From Blastocladiella emersonii ATCC 22665 (Eukaryota; Fungi; Blastocladiomycota), in NCBI GenBank assembly GCA_025594325.1, contig JANHCV010000012.1, forward strand, positions 1,302,001-1,366,000: DNA of 64,000 bases, given 5' to 3'. The notes under the pieces are model-generated. The model ran no database searches. It was not told the DNA's origin and worked only from the letters and a program-made list of their open reading frames with translations. Numbering within the stretch: the stretch's first letter is position 1; every line of letters starts with the position of its first letter. The position numbers were made by a program, and so were the translations under genes. Positions 45,861 through 57,925 of the stretch are shown piece by piece.

Positions 45861-46290
45861 TCAGGTGTGGATCACGCCACCCACCGACGCCGCCTCCCAC
45901 GCCTCCGCCGCGGCCCAACGCGCGGCGCACTCTCGCGCTCGGTTCCTGTTCGAGGATGAATGAAGCTGTTCCTGTTTGATACACTGGTTGATTTCCCCTG
46001 TAATACCATCCTGTCGCTGTACGTCGCGTGTATCCCGCTTCCCCCGTGCCTGAGTAGAATAGCACAACCAGCTCTTTCCTATATTGCGGAGCATGTACGC
46101 CGATAAAGGGAATAGAACTGTGAACGCGACGATTATGCCAAGAAAAAGGCCGACCGAACTGACTGACAATAGGTTTGCGACTGCTTGCACATTGCACATC
46201 AATGCAACCATACTGATACCAATAACGAGATACGTTAAAACATGAACTGGTGTCGCGCGCTCCAACCAGAACTCTGGCGGTTGCAATGAT
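45861..46290 (-). CDS. Unknown family copy D (2-TM exon; upstream exon unclear)
   Basis: TPVHVLTYLVIGISMVALMCNVQAVANLLSV...FLGII...MLRN is homologous to the TM exon of copy C and is preceded by GCTAAT...CAG splice signals. Confidence 0.5.
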
Positions 46291-47045
46291 TAGCGTTGAA
46301 GGTAGCGGAAAGGCGACTTGAGCGTGCTGTTCGCTCTAGTGACATAAATGCATTTCCCTGACGGTGATGAATAGGGGTGGGTCAGGGGGAGGCTTCAAGG
46401 CGGTTGACCAGCTGAGCCACGCATGTGGCGCTCCTGACTGACTGGTTCCCGCTACATCCTTTTGCCACTCTTTAGCAGCTCCGTGTGTTTGCTTGACGGC
46501 GATCCTCAGGGGTACTTTTGCGCGATAATTATATTCAATTGAAGAAGCGGCGCGGGCGAAACGTCCAACCCCCAAAACCAGGCGCGTGTGTGGCGCAACG
46601 CGTCGCGGTGGCACTGCTCCGTCCCGCGTAATTGAACGGTGCGGCGCCGCACACGGCCGGTACCAGTTTAGGGCATGGCATCAAATACCCAGCGTAAAGT
46701 GCCACTAGTGTCTGGCTCGAGATCATGGAGTAAGTGGCGAGCCGCGAGGTGATAAAACGCGTCTGGCACGGTTGAAAAGCCAGCCTGAGCCGGGCAAAGC
46801 GAAGCGCTCGGCAGCTGCGAGCCAGCACAAGGGTGTATTCTGTGGCTTGAAATATACGTATTCGTTCTGAGAAAAGCACGTTTCACTGAAGTGACGCCGC
46901 TCGGGACGTGCAGGCACCACCCTTGCGCAGCCTCTCCCTCTTGAACGCGTTGGTTACAATAGCCCAATAACAAATCACCACTTGCGCTCCCTAAACAAGG
47001 TTTTGGACGTCGCCGTGTTGTTGCTTGACTCGCTCGTGTGCATTT

Positions 47046-47104
47046 AAGCGAAAACGCGGGTCAGCGATCAGTGATTGCGCCACAGATCATTTCACGTGAC
47101 GCGC
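47046..47104. repeat. Dispersed promoter-like cassette copy 3 (inverted)
   Basis: The reverse complement reads gcgcgtcacgtgaaatgatctgtggcgcaatcac...ccgcgttttcgctt. Confidence 0.72.
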
Positions 47105-47409
47105 TCACCAGCCCTGCCCCGTCGCGTTCGCGACCAGCCGAGTGCCGCTGATTCACGAAAGTACCGCCGGCTCTCTCGTTCTAATCCGATAAGATATAGC
47201 GCATTTTAATCGTCTCTGTTTCGCCTCATCGACCATGCACTCAATGCACAGGCGTTAATCAGAGCGCCCTCATGCGACACGCGTCCTTCTTATTCCTCCA
47301 CTTCCAGCGACTCTCGAAATAATTTGAACTCACCGTCATCGAGTTTGTCCGGCCTTCCATGAGATCAGCGAGCAGCAGTACACGCCATCGGACACATTTA
47401 GAATTGAGT

Positions 47410-50400
47410 TTACATCAGTCCCAGCTCGGTGCACACCTCGCGCAACGTATCTTTTTTGAGCGGCTTGGTCAAGAACACGTCGAACCCGGCCGCGAGACAC
47501 CGCTCGCGCTCCTCAGGCAGGGCGTTGGCTGTCACGGCCACGATCGGAATCGTGTACCCTGCCGCACGGATCGCCGCCATGGCCTCGTGGCCGCTACACA
47601 TCGACCGTGGTCGGTCGGAGAAAAGATCGCGGCCGGTGAACGGTGCGAGAGCCGTACCCCATGTTCGGCATCACCAGGTCCATGAGCACGAGATCGAACT
47701 TCTTGCGCTCGGGACCCGTCACCTGCGCCACGGCCTGCAACCCGTCAAGTGCCGAGTCGGCCTCGAACCCCATGCCCTCGACGAGCTTGCGCGTCACGCG
47801 CTGGACGAGCGCGTTGTCCTCGACGACGAGTACGCGTTTCTTGGGTTGCGCAGGCGGGGACGACGGTGGTTGTAGCGGTTCGACCGCCGCGGCCGCGACG
47901 GACGTGGAAGCTGCACCCGTCGCCGCAGAAACGCTCGCTGTCGTCAGCGACGCGGCGCGAACGTGGGTCGGCGGTGCTGCGGGCGGAAGTGACGCGATCT
48001 CGGGCACGGTAGAAGCGACCTGGACGGCGGCGGGAACTACTGCAGAATGAGCCACCGTCGGCGCTTCGCCTGCACCTGCGGGTTGTGTTGCGGCGGAACG
48101 ACTGCTGCGTATCGACGGCGCGACGGACGGCAGAAGCGGGACCCGCAGCGCCACCTCGAGGCTCGCGTCGCTGACTGGCGCCGCGCATGTAGCAGCGGCA
48201 GCGGGACCAATGACGGGCGGCGGTGGACACGGCCGAACCGAGCGGCTGCTGCGGACCGACGACGCAATGGATGGTGGTAGGGGAGCGTGCAGCGCGAGGT
48301 CGAGCGTCGCGTCGCTGGGGACGGGGGTCGGAGCAGCGGGCGAGGTGGGCGGACTCGAGGGTCGCGATGTAGATGGTTGCTGAATCTCGTCGGCGAGCGG
48401 TTCCTCGGTAAAGGTGCCGCAGCGCTGACTGCTCGGGTGCGACATCATCGGCTCAGCGGCCGGCGCGACGTCGATGTGCACGGACCGGTCGTTCGAGACC
48501 GTACTGCTGCAGTGGTTCGCCCGCGTCTCAGCCGTCCGTGGGGCGCGCTGTAGCACCGCCGGCCCGCATACCGGCGGCAGCGGGACGTTCATATCGAGCC
48601 CGCCGCGTTTCGGGTGCTCGAACCGGGCGACGCTCCCGCCGAGCGGCTGCAGCAGGGCGTCGATGACGGTGAGCTCGAGGCTGAGCGCGTTCCCGAGCAG
48701 GCGGATGAGGTGGTCGCCCGACTGCGACTGGACGGTGCGGAACGAGCACGCGTCGTCGTGGTGCAGCGACCCCGACCCGGACACGTCGCCGCGCTCGAGC
48801 AGGTCGAGCCGCGCGTACGGCGTGCACACGGGTCCGCGGCAGTGGAACCAGAGGGTCCGCGCGGGCGGCGGCGCGTACACGAGCTCGATGTTGACGGTGC
48901 TGCGCGAGCATGCGCTGTAGATGGCGATGACCGTGGCCTTGGCGACGACGCGGCGCAGGACGCACGTGCACGGGCCAAAGTCAACAACGACGCTGTCGGC
49001 CTCATCCGGGATCACCCACGTCTGGACCTGGATGTCGCGCGCGGCCATGCGGTCGGCGCACGCGCGGATCGCGTCGTCGAGGATCGCGCGCAGCGTCGTG
49101 GGCCCGGCGCCGCCGCCGCACTGCGCCGGGTCGCGGCACGCGAGCGCGTCGCCCGAGTCCATGAGGTCGACGAGGTTCGCGACGAGGTCGGCCGTGTACC
49201 CCATGCCGCGGTGGATACGCGCTGCGCGGTCCGCGGTTGCGGGCGGCATGCGTGGACGCGCGGCGTCGAGCGCGGCCGTGATCTTGGCCGTGGTCTCGGC
49301 GAGCTCGCGGCACACGAACCGCAGGAGCTGCGACTTGGACGTGCTGGCGCGGACCGCGGCGCTTTCGGCGACCTGGATCGCCTCGAGCATGCGGGTGCGG
49401 TCCGACACGTCGTGCAACAGCAAAACCTGCGCGAGCTCGCCGCGCTTGCTGCTGGTGACCTCGGACACGGTGGCCTCGGCGAAGAAGGCGCGGTCCGGGT
49501 GCCCGATCTGCCCGATCTCGTAGGTGCCCGGCTCGAGCGCCGTGAGGTCTGTCGCCGAGGGCACCACGTCCGACACGTGGACCTGCGCGAGGTCGACGCC
49601 CGAGAGACCGAGCTTGTCGAGCGCCGCCGCGTTGAGCCCGATAATGTACCCGAGCCCGTCGAGCACGAGGAGCGGGTCGCGGACCGTGCGCAGGATGCCC
49701 GTCGAGTAGGTGCGGATCGCCGTCACGAGCTCGGCCTGCTGCTGCAGCCGGTGCGCGACGTGGCGCGCCTTGAGGAACCGCAGGAACCCGCGGCGCATGA
49801 TCTCGGCCAGGACGAGGAAGAGCGCGAGGATCACGAACAGGAGCAGGAAGGGCCACGGCGTCGCGAACGACGCGCGCTGCTTGCCCGTGCCCGTGCACGA
49901 GAGAACCCAGACGCGGTCGATGATCTCAACCTCGAGCGCGTACGGCCGGCCGACGGTGCCCCGGGTGGTGTTGGTCGAGTAGATGAGCTTGCCCGTGCCC
50001 TGATCGCTCAGGTCGACGGCGAGACCCTTGGTCGCCGCGGGGCCGAGGTTGCTAGCGAGGATCGCCTGCGAGTTGACCGTGGCGACCATGATCCAGGTGC
50101 GGAACTCGTCGGCCACATCACGCACGACCAGGTAGAGGAAGAAGCGCTTGCTCGGGTGCGGGATCATCGAGTCGCGCGAGGACTGCAGCGAGAGGGCGGG
50201 GCGGCCGCTGACGAGCGTGGCCGAGATGGCGGATGCGAACTCGACGGGGACCTCCATGTCGAAGCCGACAGGGAAGGAGAACTGGTGGCACGGAATGATC
50301 CTACGCGGCGTGGAGGTGAGCCGGCTGATGGAAAGCGCGAGCATTTGACGTACTTGTGCCGCAGCAGGACCGGTGCGGAAAGGTAAAACGACGAAAACTC

Positions 50401-51148
50401 GGGCGGGCGAACGACCGAGATGTTGTAGCGTCGCTCAAAGAGCTTGACCTGCGGGTTCGAGAGCAGCGGGCCGAGCTGGATCGCGGACAGCCGGTCCGAC
50501 TGGTTGCCCGTCGCGGACCCGTACGTGACGAGCGACTCGTTGGTCATGATCCCGACGGCGGACATGAAGCCGGCGTAGTCAACGAGCTGTATGGGCGCGA
50601 GGGCCGTTAGTGGTCGGTCGTACCGTGAAGATCGTGCGAGACGTACAAACGTGTTCAGATTGGTGTTGAGGTCGAGCTTGAGCGAGTCCGCGAGCGAGCC
50701 GCACCGCCGCTTGACCTCGGCGGCGGCATACTTGCGCTCGACGCTGCGGAACCAGACAAAGAGCATGGTCGCAATGGCTACACGCTCTCACCGAGTCAGC
50801 CAGCTCCGCTCTCTCGTCCAATTCAACCAGACCCAGCGCACCGATCCCGACAAGCAACACAAGCAGCGCGACAAGTGCAGCCAGAACGCCGCGCCGGTAC
50901 CGCCACGCATACCGCCACCGGGACTCGGCGAACCCCTTGAGGTCGGCGCGGTCGCGAGTCCCGCTCCGCGCCCAGGTCTGGCCGGACCGGTTCGTCTGCG
51001 AGTGGTCCTGCCCGCTCAGCGGCTCGCTTTCGGAAGGTAGCGGCGGCGGCTGGGGCGGAGCGACGAGCGGTAGTCGGATGTCGTCGGCGTAGCCGGAGCG
51101 GTCGGGGCGGAGGTTGGTGTGGAAGACTGTGCGGAGAAGCTGCGGCAT
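47410..51148 (-). CDS. Hybrid histidine-kinase-like receptor A (TM-CHASE-like-TM-PAS-degenerate HisKA/HATPase-REC), multi-exon; start uncertain
   Basis: TM GVLAALVALLVLLVGIG; CHASE-like FPVGFDMEVPVEFASAISATLVSGRPAL; PAS ILRTVRDPLLVLDGLGYIIGLN; H-box SKSQLLRFVCREL; REC RVLVVEDN...FDLVLMDLVMP...IVAVTANA...FLTKP. Confidence 0.85.
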
Positions 51149-51547
51149 CGAGAGGACGAGGAGTTGATGGCGAGTGTGATCGAGGGGCTGTCCTGGACTT
51201 GGTCCCGGGCTTGCGGCGATCGCAGGCAGCGGCGGTTCGCCCGCGGGCAGTGCGGCGGGGTTCCCAGAGTAGCGAGAGGTGGCCGGGGCATCAATGCACC
51301 AACTCGGCAGGTCGCGGATCCATGGCACGGGGGCTGTCTGTCGTGGGAAGCCGTCGGATGCCGCGCTCGTCCACCGAAATCGCGGCACGCGCTCTGGTGG
51401 CGTCGCCACTCCACATGATGGCAACGTGTGGCGCATCGCGTCCTGCAAGTCTGCTACTGCCGCCATCATGCCTGCATGCGTGAGAAACGGGTAGATACGG
51501 TACATGGCGCCATATGATGTACATGTATTCAAATCACCCAGTCAGCT

Positions 51548-54500
51548 TCACATCAGTCCTAGCTCGGCGCACACCTCGCGCAGCGTCTCCTTCTTGAGCG
51601 GCTTGGTCAGGAACACGTTGAACCCGGACGCGAGACACCGCTCGCGCTCCTCGGGCAGCGCGTTCGCCGTCACTGCCACGATCGGAAGCTCGGCTAGTCC
51701 GAACCCGGCCGCGCGGATCGCCGCCATGGCCTCGTGTCCGCTACACGTCGATTGTCGTCAGTCACCAAATCAGAGCGCAAGTAGGGGATTTAGACCGTAC
51801 CCCATGTTCGGCATGACGAGGTCCATGAGCACGAGATCGAACTGCTTGCGGTCGGGCCCCGTCACCTGCGCGACCGCCTGCAGCCCATCGAGCGCCGAGT
51901 CGGCCGTGAACCCGAGCCCCTCGACCAGCTTGCGCGTGACGCGCTGCACGAGCGCGTTGTCCTCGACGACGAGCACACGCTTCTTGGGTTGCGCGGGCAG
52001 GGACGACGGTGATGGCGGCGGGGGGAGTGGGGTCGTGGTTGTCGATGCTGGTGGTGGGACCGCGTCAAACGCGACGATGGGCGAGGCGACAGTCGCGGTC
52101 GTGGTTACGGCGGGCTTGCTCGGAACAGTAGGCAGGGCCGCGAGCTGCGCGACGGGCGTGCTCGGCTGCGTGGGCGAGTCCGCGAACTGCGTGGTCGGCG
52201 TGCCGGGCGCCGTCGGGTACGGCACCGCGGGCGCGCTGGGCGTGGTCGGTACCGAAAGCGCTGGCGGCGGAGGCGGGGTACACGGCATGTCGCGAGCAGC
52301 GGGTTCGGGTTCAGGAGGGACAAAAGTCTCGGGGGCGGCGTGCGTTGCAGAAGGAGCGACAGGGCTCGCGACTCGAGGCAGCATCGCGGCCGAAGACACG
52401 CGGCGGGCAGCGGGGAGGTACGGCTCCGCGGTGCGCGACGCCGGCGGCACGAGGTCGGCGCGAGACACGCGGCGGATGAGGGCGGGCGGCGGTTTCGGGA
52501 AGCGTCCACCGAGGAGCGGGCTCGAGGGGACCGATGTCCGCGCGGCGGTGCGCGGCGCGAGCGGGCTCGATGGCATGGGAGCCGTGCGCGTCGCGAGCGG
52601 GCTGGAAGGTACGGGCACCGTGCGAGGGGCCAGTGGACTCGACGGCCGTGGGGCTGGGCGCTGGGCGAGCGGGCTCGACGGGACGGGTGTCCGAGCAGCG
52701 GTGCGGCCAGCATCAGGTACAGGTTGCTGCGCTACGACGCTCGGAGAACGCGGAGCCGACAGCTCGGGCGGTGGGTCGCGTAGGAGCTGGACCCCGTCCA
52801 GCCCGCTGGCGGCCGACGCCGAGGCGCGGGACCGCGGCATCCGCGGCTCCTCCTCGTCGTCCTCCTCATCATGCACGTCAATCGCCACATGGAACTCGTG
52901 CCCCTCGGCCGCGGGCGCGACCTCCGGCATCTTGTCCTGGACCGCAAACGACGTGGTCGTAGTACGGCGACGGTGCTTGGACCGGCGCGACGGCTGGTCC
53001 GACTGCGCCGATGCGCGGCGCGCGCGGGCCCAGTCGCGCGGCGGTGGGATCGGAAGCCGGAAGTCGAGTCCGCTGCGCTCCGGGTGGCGGAACTGGTCGA
53101 CGGCGCCGCCGACGGGGCGGAGGAGCGCGCCGATCACGGTGAGCGCGAGGCTCAGCGTGTTGCCGAGGAGACGGTCGATGCGCGCGTCGGGGCCGGTCCG
53201 CGGGGCGGCCGAGCCGTGGTTGTGCGCGGGTCCGCCGTCGAGCAACCGAGGCGCAGGTTCGGGCGTGCCGCCGAACAGGTCGATGCGCGCGTACGGCGTG
53301 CACACGGTGCCGCGGCAGTGGAACCAGACTGAAGAGGTCGCGGTGGAAACGCCGATCTCGACGTCGACGGTCGAGCGCGGGCACGCCGAGTGGACCGCAA
53401 TCGACACCGCGAGATCAACGACGCGGCGCAGGAGGCACGTACACCCGTCGATCACCGGCGCCGCCGCCGCGTCGTGGTCGGGCGCGACCCACTGGCGGAC
53501 GCGCAGGTCGTGCTCGTTGACGCGGCCGCGGCACGCGCCGACGGCCGCGTCGAGGATCCCGCGGAGACTGCCGACGCCGCACCGTCGCTCGGCGTCGGCG
53601 CACGCGGGCAGGTCGTCGGCCATGAGGTCGTCGAGGCACGCGAGCAGGTCGCCGATGTACCGCACGGCGCGCTGGACGCGGTCCGCGCGGTGCGCGTCGT
53701 GCGGCGGCAACCACCGGGCGACGGCGACGGCGTCGAGCTCGCGGGCGATGGTGCGGATCGACGCCTTGACCTCGCGCGAGACGTGCGCGAGGAGCTGCGA
53801 TTTCGACTCGCTGGCGCGGTTCGCGGCGGTCTCGCTGAGCTGGATCGCGTTGAGCGTGCGCGTCCGCTCGGACACGTCGTGCAGGAGCAAAACCTGCGCG
53901 AGCTCGCCGCGCTTGCTGCCCGAGACTTCCGAGACGGTGGCCTCGGCAAAGAACGGATGGCTCGAGTGGCCGACCTGGCCGACCGTGTAGGTACCGGGGG
54001 CGAGGGTGGTGGGCAGGGCCATGGACGGGACGAGGTCCGAGACATGGACCTGGGCGAGGTCCGCCTCGCCGGCGATCCCGAGCTTCTTGAGCGCGGCCGG
54101 GTTGAGCCCAACAATGTACCCGAACGCGTCGAGGACGAGCAGCGGGTCGCGGACAGCGCGCAGGATGCCGGTCGAGTAGTTGCGGATGGCCTTGACGAGC
54201 ATGGCCTGCTGCTCGAGGCGGTGCGCGAGGCTGCGCGCCGTGAGCAGGCGGTGGAGGCCGCGGCGCACGATCTCGGCGAGGGCGAGGAACAGGACGACGA
54301 TGGTGACGAGCAGCACGAACGGCCACGGCGTCGCGAACGAGCCGCGCAGCGCGTGGGTGCCGGTGCACGACAGGCTCCAGACGCGGTCGACGATGTCGAT
54401 GGCGACGGGCGCGGACGCGCCGTACGGCTTCGAGTCGCTCGCGACCGAGTACAGCAGCACGTTCGTGTCCGTGTCGTGGAGCTGGACCGACAGGTCGCGG

Positions 54501-55619
54501 CCGAGCAGGGCGCGGTCAAAGTCGGAGGCAAAGATGGCCTTGGAGTTGACGATGGCGACCTGGATCCACAGTGGGAAGTCCGGGTCGGCGGCGTGCGTGA
54601 TGCTCTTGAAGATGTAGGTGCGCTCGCTCGCGCCCGGGATGAGCGAGTCGGGCGGGTCCTGCAGGGCGAGCACAGGCCGCTGGGTGGCGAAGGCGCGCTG
54701 GATGGACGCGAGGTACTCGTCCGGGATCTGCATGTCGAAGCCAGCGGGGAAGGTGAAGTGGAGGGACGTCGGCGTGAAGCTACTCGCACAAAGTGAGCCC
54801 ATGGATGAGGTAGTAAGACGCAAGGTGGCGGCGTACCGGTAGCGCAGGGTGATGGGAATGGACGTGAGCTTGAGCGAGGCCTCTTCGGTGGGCGGTTTCG
54901 TCGGGTCGAGGCCGAAGCGGCGGCGGTACGTGTCCGTGTCGGAGGGGGCGATGAGCGGGCCGAGCTGGACCGAGGCGAGGCGGCTCGACTGGTTGGAGGC
55001 GGCGCGGCCGTAGGACTCGAGCGAGGCGTTGGTCATGGGCCCGACGGTGCTCATGAAGGCGGCGTAGTCTATGATGTAGGTCCCGAGGTTGGTGTTGAAA
55101 TCGAGCTTGAGCGAGTCGGCCAGCGACCCGCACCGGCGGTGGACCTCGGCGTGGGTGTTGGCAGTCTCGACGCTGCGGATCCAGACGAAGAGGACGGTGG
55201 CGAGGGCTACGGACCGCGTGGAAGCGTGAACAATGGCCACGGAGGGGAAGGACATGCGAGTGAGCCGTACCGATGCCTGCGAGAAGGACGAGCAGGCCGG
55301 CAGCCGCAGCTACGACGCCGCGGCGGTGGCGCCAGAGGCGGTAGAGTGCCGAGGACGTGAAGTGCTCGAGGTCGGGATCGTCGTCGTGGTGGTGGCCGCG
55401 CGGTGCACGATGGCCGGCGTCGTGGTGGTAGTGGGTGTCGCGATGCGCAAAGGGCGAGAGAAAGGGGACGTGGTCCTCGTCAGCGGCGCGGGTGAGGATC
55501 AGCGAGGGGAGCAGGATCGAGTGCGACGAGAGGGTGGTGCGCAGGGCGGGGCGTGATGAGGCGCGTGATGACGGCTCCCGGGCCAGCGGGAGCGCGTGGA
55601 AGTGTTGACGGTTGGGCAT
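51548..55619 (-). CDS. Hybrid histidine-kinase-like receptor B (same architecture), multi-exon
   Basis: TM GVVAAAAGLLVLLAGIG; CHASE-like FPAGFDMQIPDEYLASIQRAFATQRPVL and IDIVDRVWSL; PAS; H-box SKSQLLAHVSREV; REC nearly identical to gene A. Confidence 0.87.
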
Positions 55620-56189
55620 GGTGCAAGGCGGGCGGTGTAGGGTGGTCTGATCAGGCGGCGGTAGGTGCGATGCGGCGCTCGGGCGGGGCGCGGGACGTCT
55701 AGGGGCCGGAGTGCAGGGCGCGCCGAGCATGGGCAGGCAGGCGCGGCCCCGAGGGCGGGGCGCTGAGCGGGCGGCAGGCGGGCGGGCCGCGATCCCCGCG
55801 CGATTCCGGGAGCCGTGCGCAGGCGGGCGCCCGATCACGGGCGGATGGGCAGGGTTGGCGAGGCGGCCGCGGCCTGTCTGAACGCGTGGGAGCGCGCCGA
55901 CACGTGCGGGTGGCCGACGCGTCGCTTCTTAAGGGCCGGCTCGCTGCGCGCGTGAAAAGGTCATGGCTGGCTGGCTGCATGTTTGCACCGGGTCGCTGAG
56001 CGGTCCTGTGCTGAGCAGGGGGCGTTTCCTGAGCGGGCCAGTCAGGCGCGTCGTCGTGGGAGGTGGCTGAGCACCGGCGGCGACGCGTTCCGCAAGCCCC
56101 ATCGGATTGCGGCCGGCCGGTCCCTTCCCTTCGCCGACCTCCTTCGCCCCTTCGCTCCCGCTCTCTCTCCCCTCCCCCAAAGACTTGCA

Positions 56190-57733
56190 ATGCCACCATC
56201 ATCAACAGCCATGAACACTGCAAATGCACCACCCGCCACGGCGCTGACGCCCGCGCAGCGCAGCAAGATCCAGCGCACCGTCTTCTTTGCGCTGCTCGTC
56301 GACATCTTCTCCTTCACCATCATCCTGCCGCTGTTCCCGCGCCTGCTCGAGTACTACCGCGAGCGCGAGGGCGGCGACCCCGTACGCTTTATGCCCGCCT
56401 CTACTCCTGCACCGCTCACTCACAGTCCCGACCACCCCCGCAGAACTCGCTCTTCGCGTGGACGCTCGGCCACCTCGACGCCTTCAAGGCCCTGATTGGC
56501 GCCACGGGCCCGCGCCTCGACGTGGTCGTGTTTGGCGGCGCGGTCGGCTCGCTCTTCAGCTTCCTGCAGTTTGCCGTCAGCCCGCTCATCGGCCGCCTGT
56601 CGGACCGCTTTGGCCGCAAGCGCGTGCTGATGCTGTGCATGGTACTGTCTCCCAGTCTCGAATTGTCGACGCAGCCGCTCACATTCCCTCCCGTATAGGC
56701 TGGGAACCTCGTGTCGTGCGCGCTGTGGATCGTCGCCAAGCCCTTCTGGGTGTTCCTCGCCTCACGCATCGTCGGCGGCATCAGCGAGGGCAACGTGCAG
56801 CTGTCGGTCGCCATCATCTCCGACATTACCACCCCGGCCACGCGGTCGCGCGGCCTCGCCCTCGTCGGCATCGCGTTCGCGCTCGGGTTCACGTTTGGCC
56901 CCGCCATTGGCGCCGCGCTCGCGTCCATGGACCTCACCACCTACTCCCCGACGTTCGACGCCCTCGGGCTCAACCCGTACTCGGCGTCCGCGCTCTTTGC
57001 GTTCGTGCTCATCCTCGCCGAGATCGGGTACCTCCACGTCGCCCTCCCCGAGACGCTCCCGCGCGCCGACGACGCACCACCCACGCCCTCCTCGAACGAC
57101 GACGACGACAAGAACAAGGCGGCCGCCGCGGAATCCGCCCCGCGCTCGCTCGCGGCGCTATCGGCGATCCACTTCGGCTACCTGTTCGTCTTCTCGGGCC
57201 TCGAGTTCACGCTCCCCTTCCTGACCTACGACCTGTTCCAGTACACGAACATGCAGCAGGGCCGGCTTCTGGGCTACATTGGCCTGGTCGCGTCGCTCGT
57301 GCAGGGCGGGTACACGCGGCGCGTCGGGCACCGCGTGGGCGAGCGCCGCGTCGCGGTCCAGGGCATCCTGTCGTGCGCCGCGGGCTTCGCCGTGCTCGCG
57401 CTCCGGCCCGACTCGCTCCTGTGGGTCGCCGCCACGCTGCTCGCGTTCACGTCCGCCACCGTCGTGACGTGCCTGACGACGCTCGCGTCGCTCGAGCTCG
57501 GCGCCGCGTCGGGGCAGGGTGCAGGGAAACGGATCGACGGCGCCGCTATGGGCGCGTTCCGGTCCTGGGGCCAGCTCGGCCGCGCGCTCGGGCCCATGGC
57601 CGCGTGCGCGCTGTACTGGGGGTGGGGCGCCCGAGGGACGTACCTCGTCGGCGCCGCGCTCCTGCTCGCTGTCGCCGCGCGGCTCGCCGTCGTGCCCGTC
57701 CGCGCGTCGGCCAAGGCCACTAAGACTGAGTAG
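56190..57733 (+). CDS. MFSD10: MFS transporter, MFSD10/tetracycline-exporter-like; two introns (about 56383-56442 and 56642-56698)
   Basis: VFFALLVDIFSFTIILPLFPRLLEYY, GRLSDRFGRKRV, RIVGGISEGNVQLSVAIISD, GIAFALGFTFGPAIG and FSGLEFTLPFLTYD. Confidence 0.85.
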
Positions 57734-57925
57734 GAGGTGTGCTGTAATAAACGCCCATCATTTTTGCGTGTGCGTCAGCCCTCGCCTCGGAAGGCGCCAT
57801 CGCGGAATCTGCACGGCACCGCACGCGCGCACGAGCCGCGGCTGAAGGTCAAAGCCGAGCCGGGACCCTTGCACCTGGTTCTCTCTCTCGCTCCCAACCC
57901 CCACTTCTGCAACGTATCAACCACC

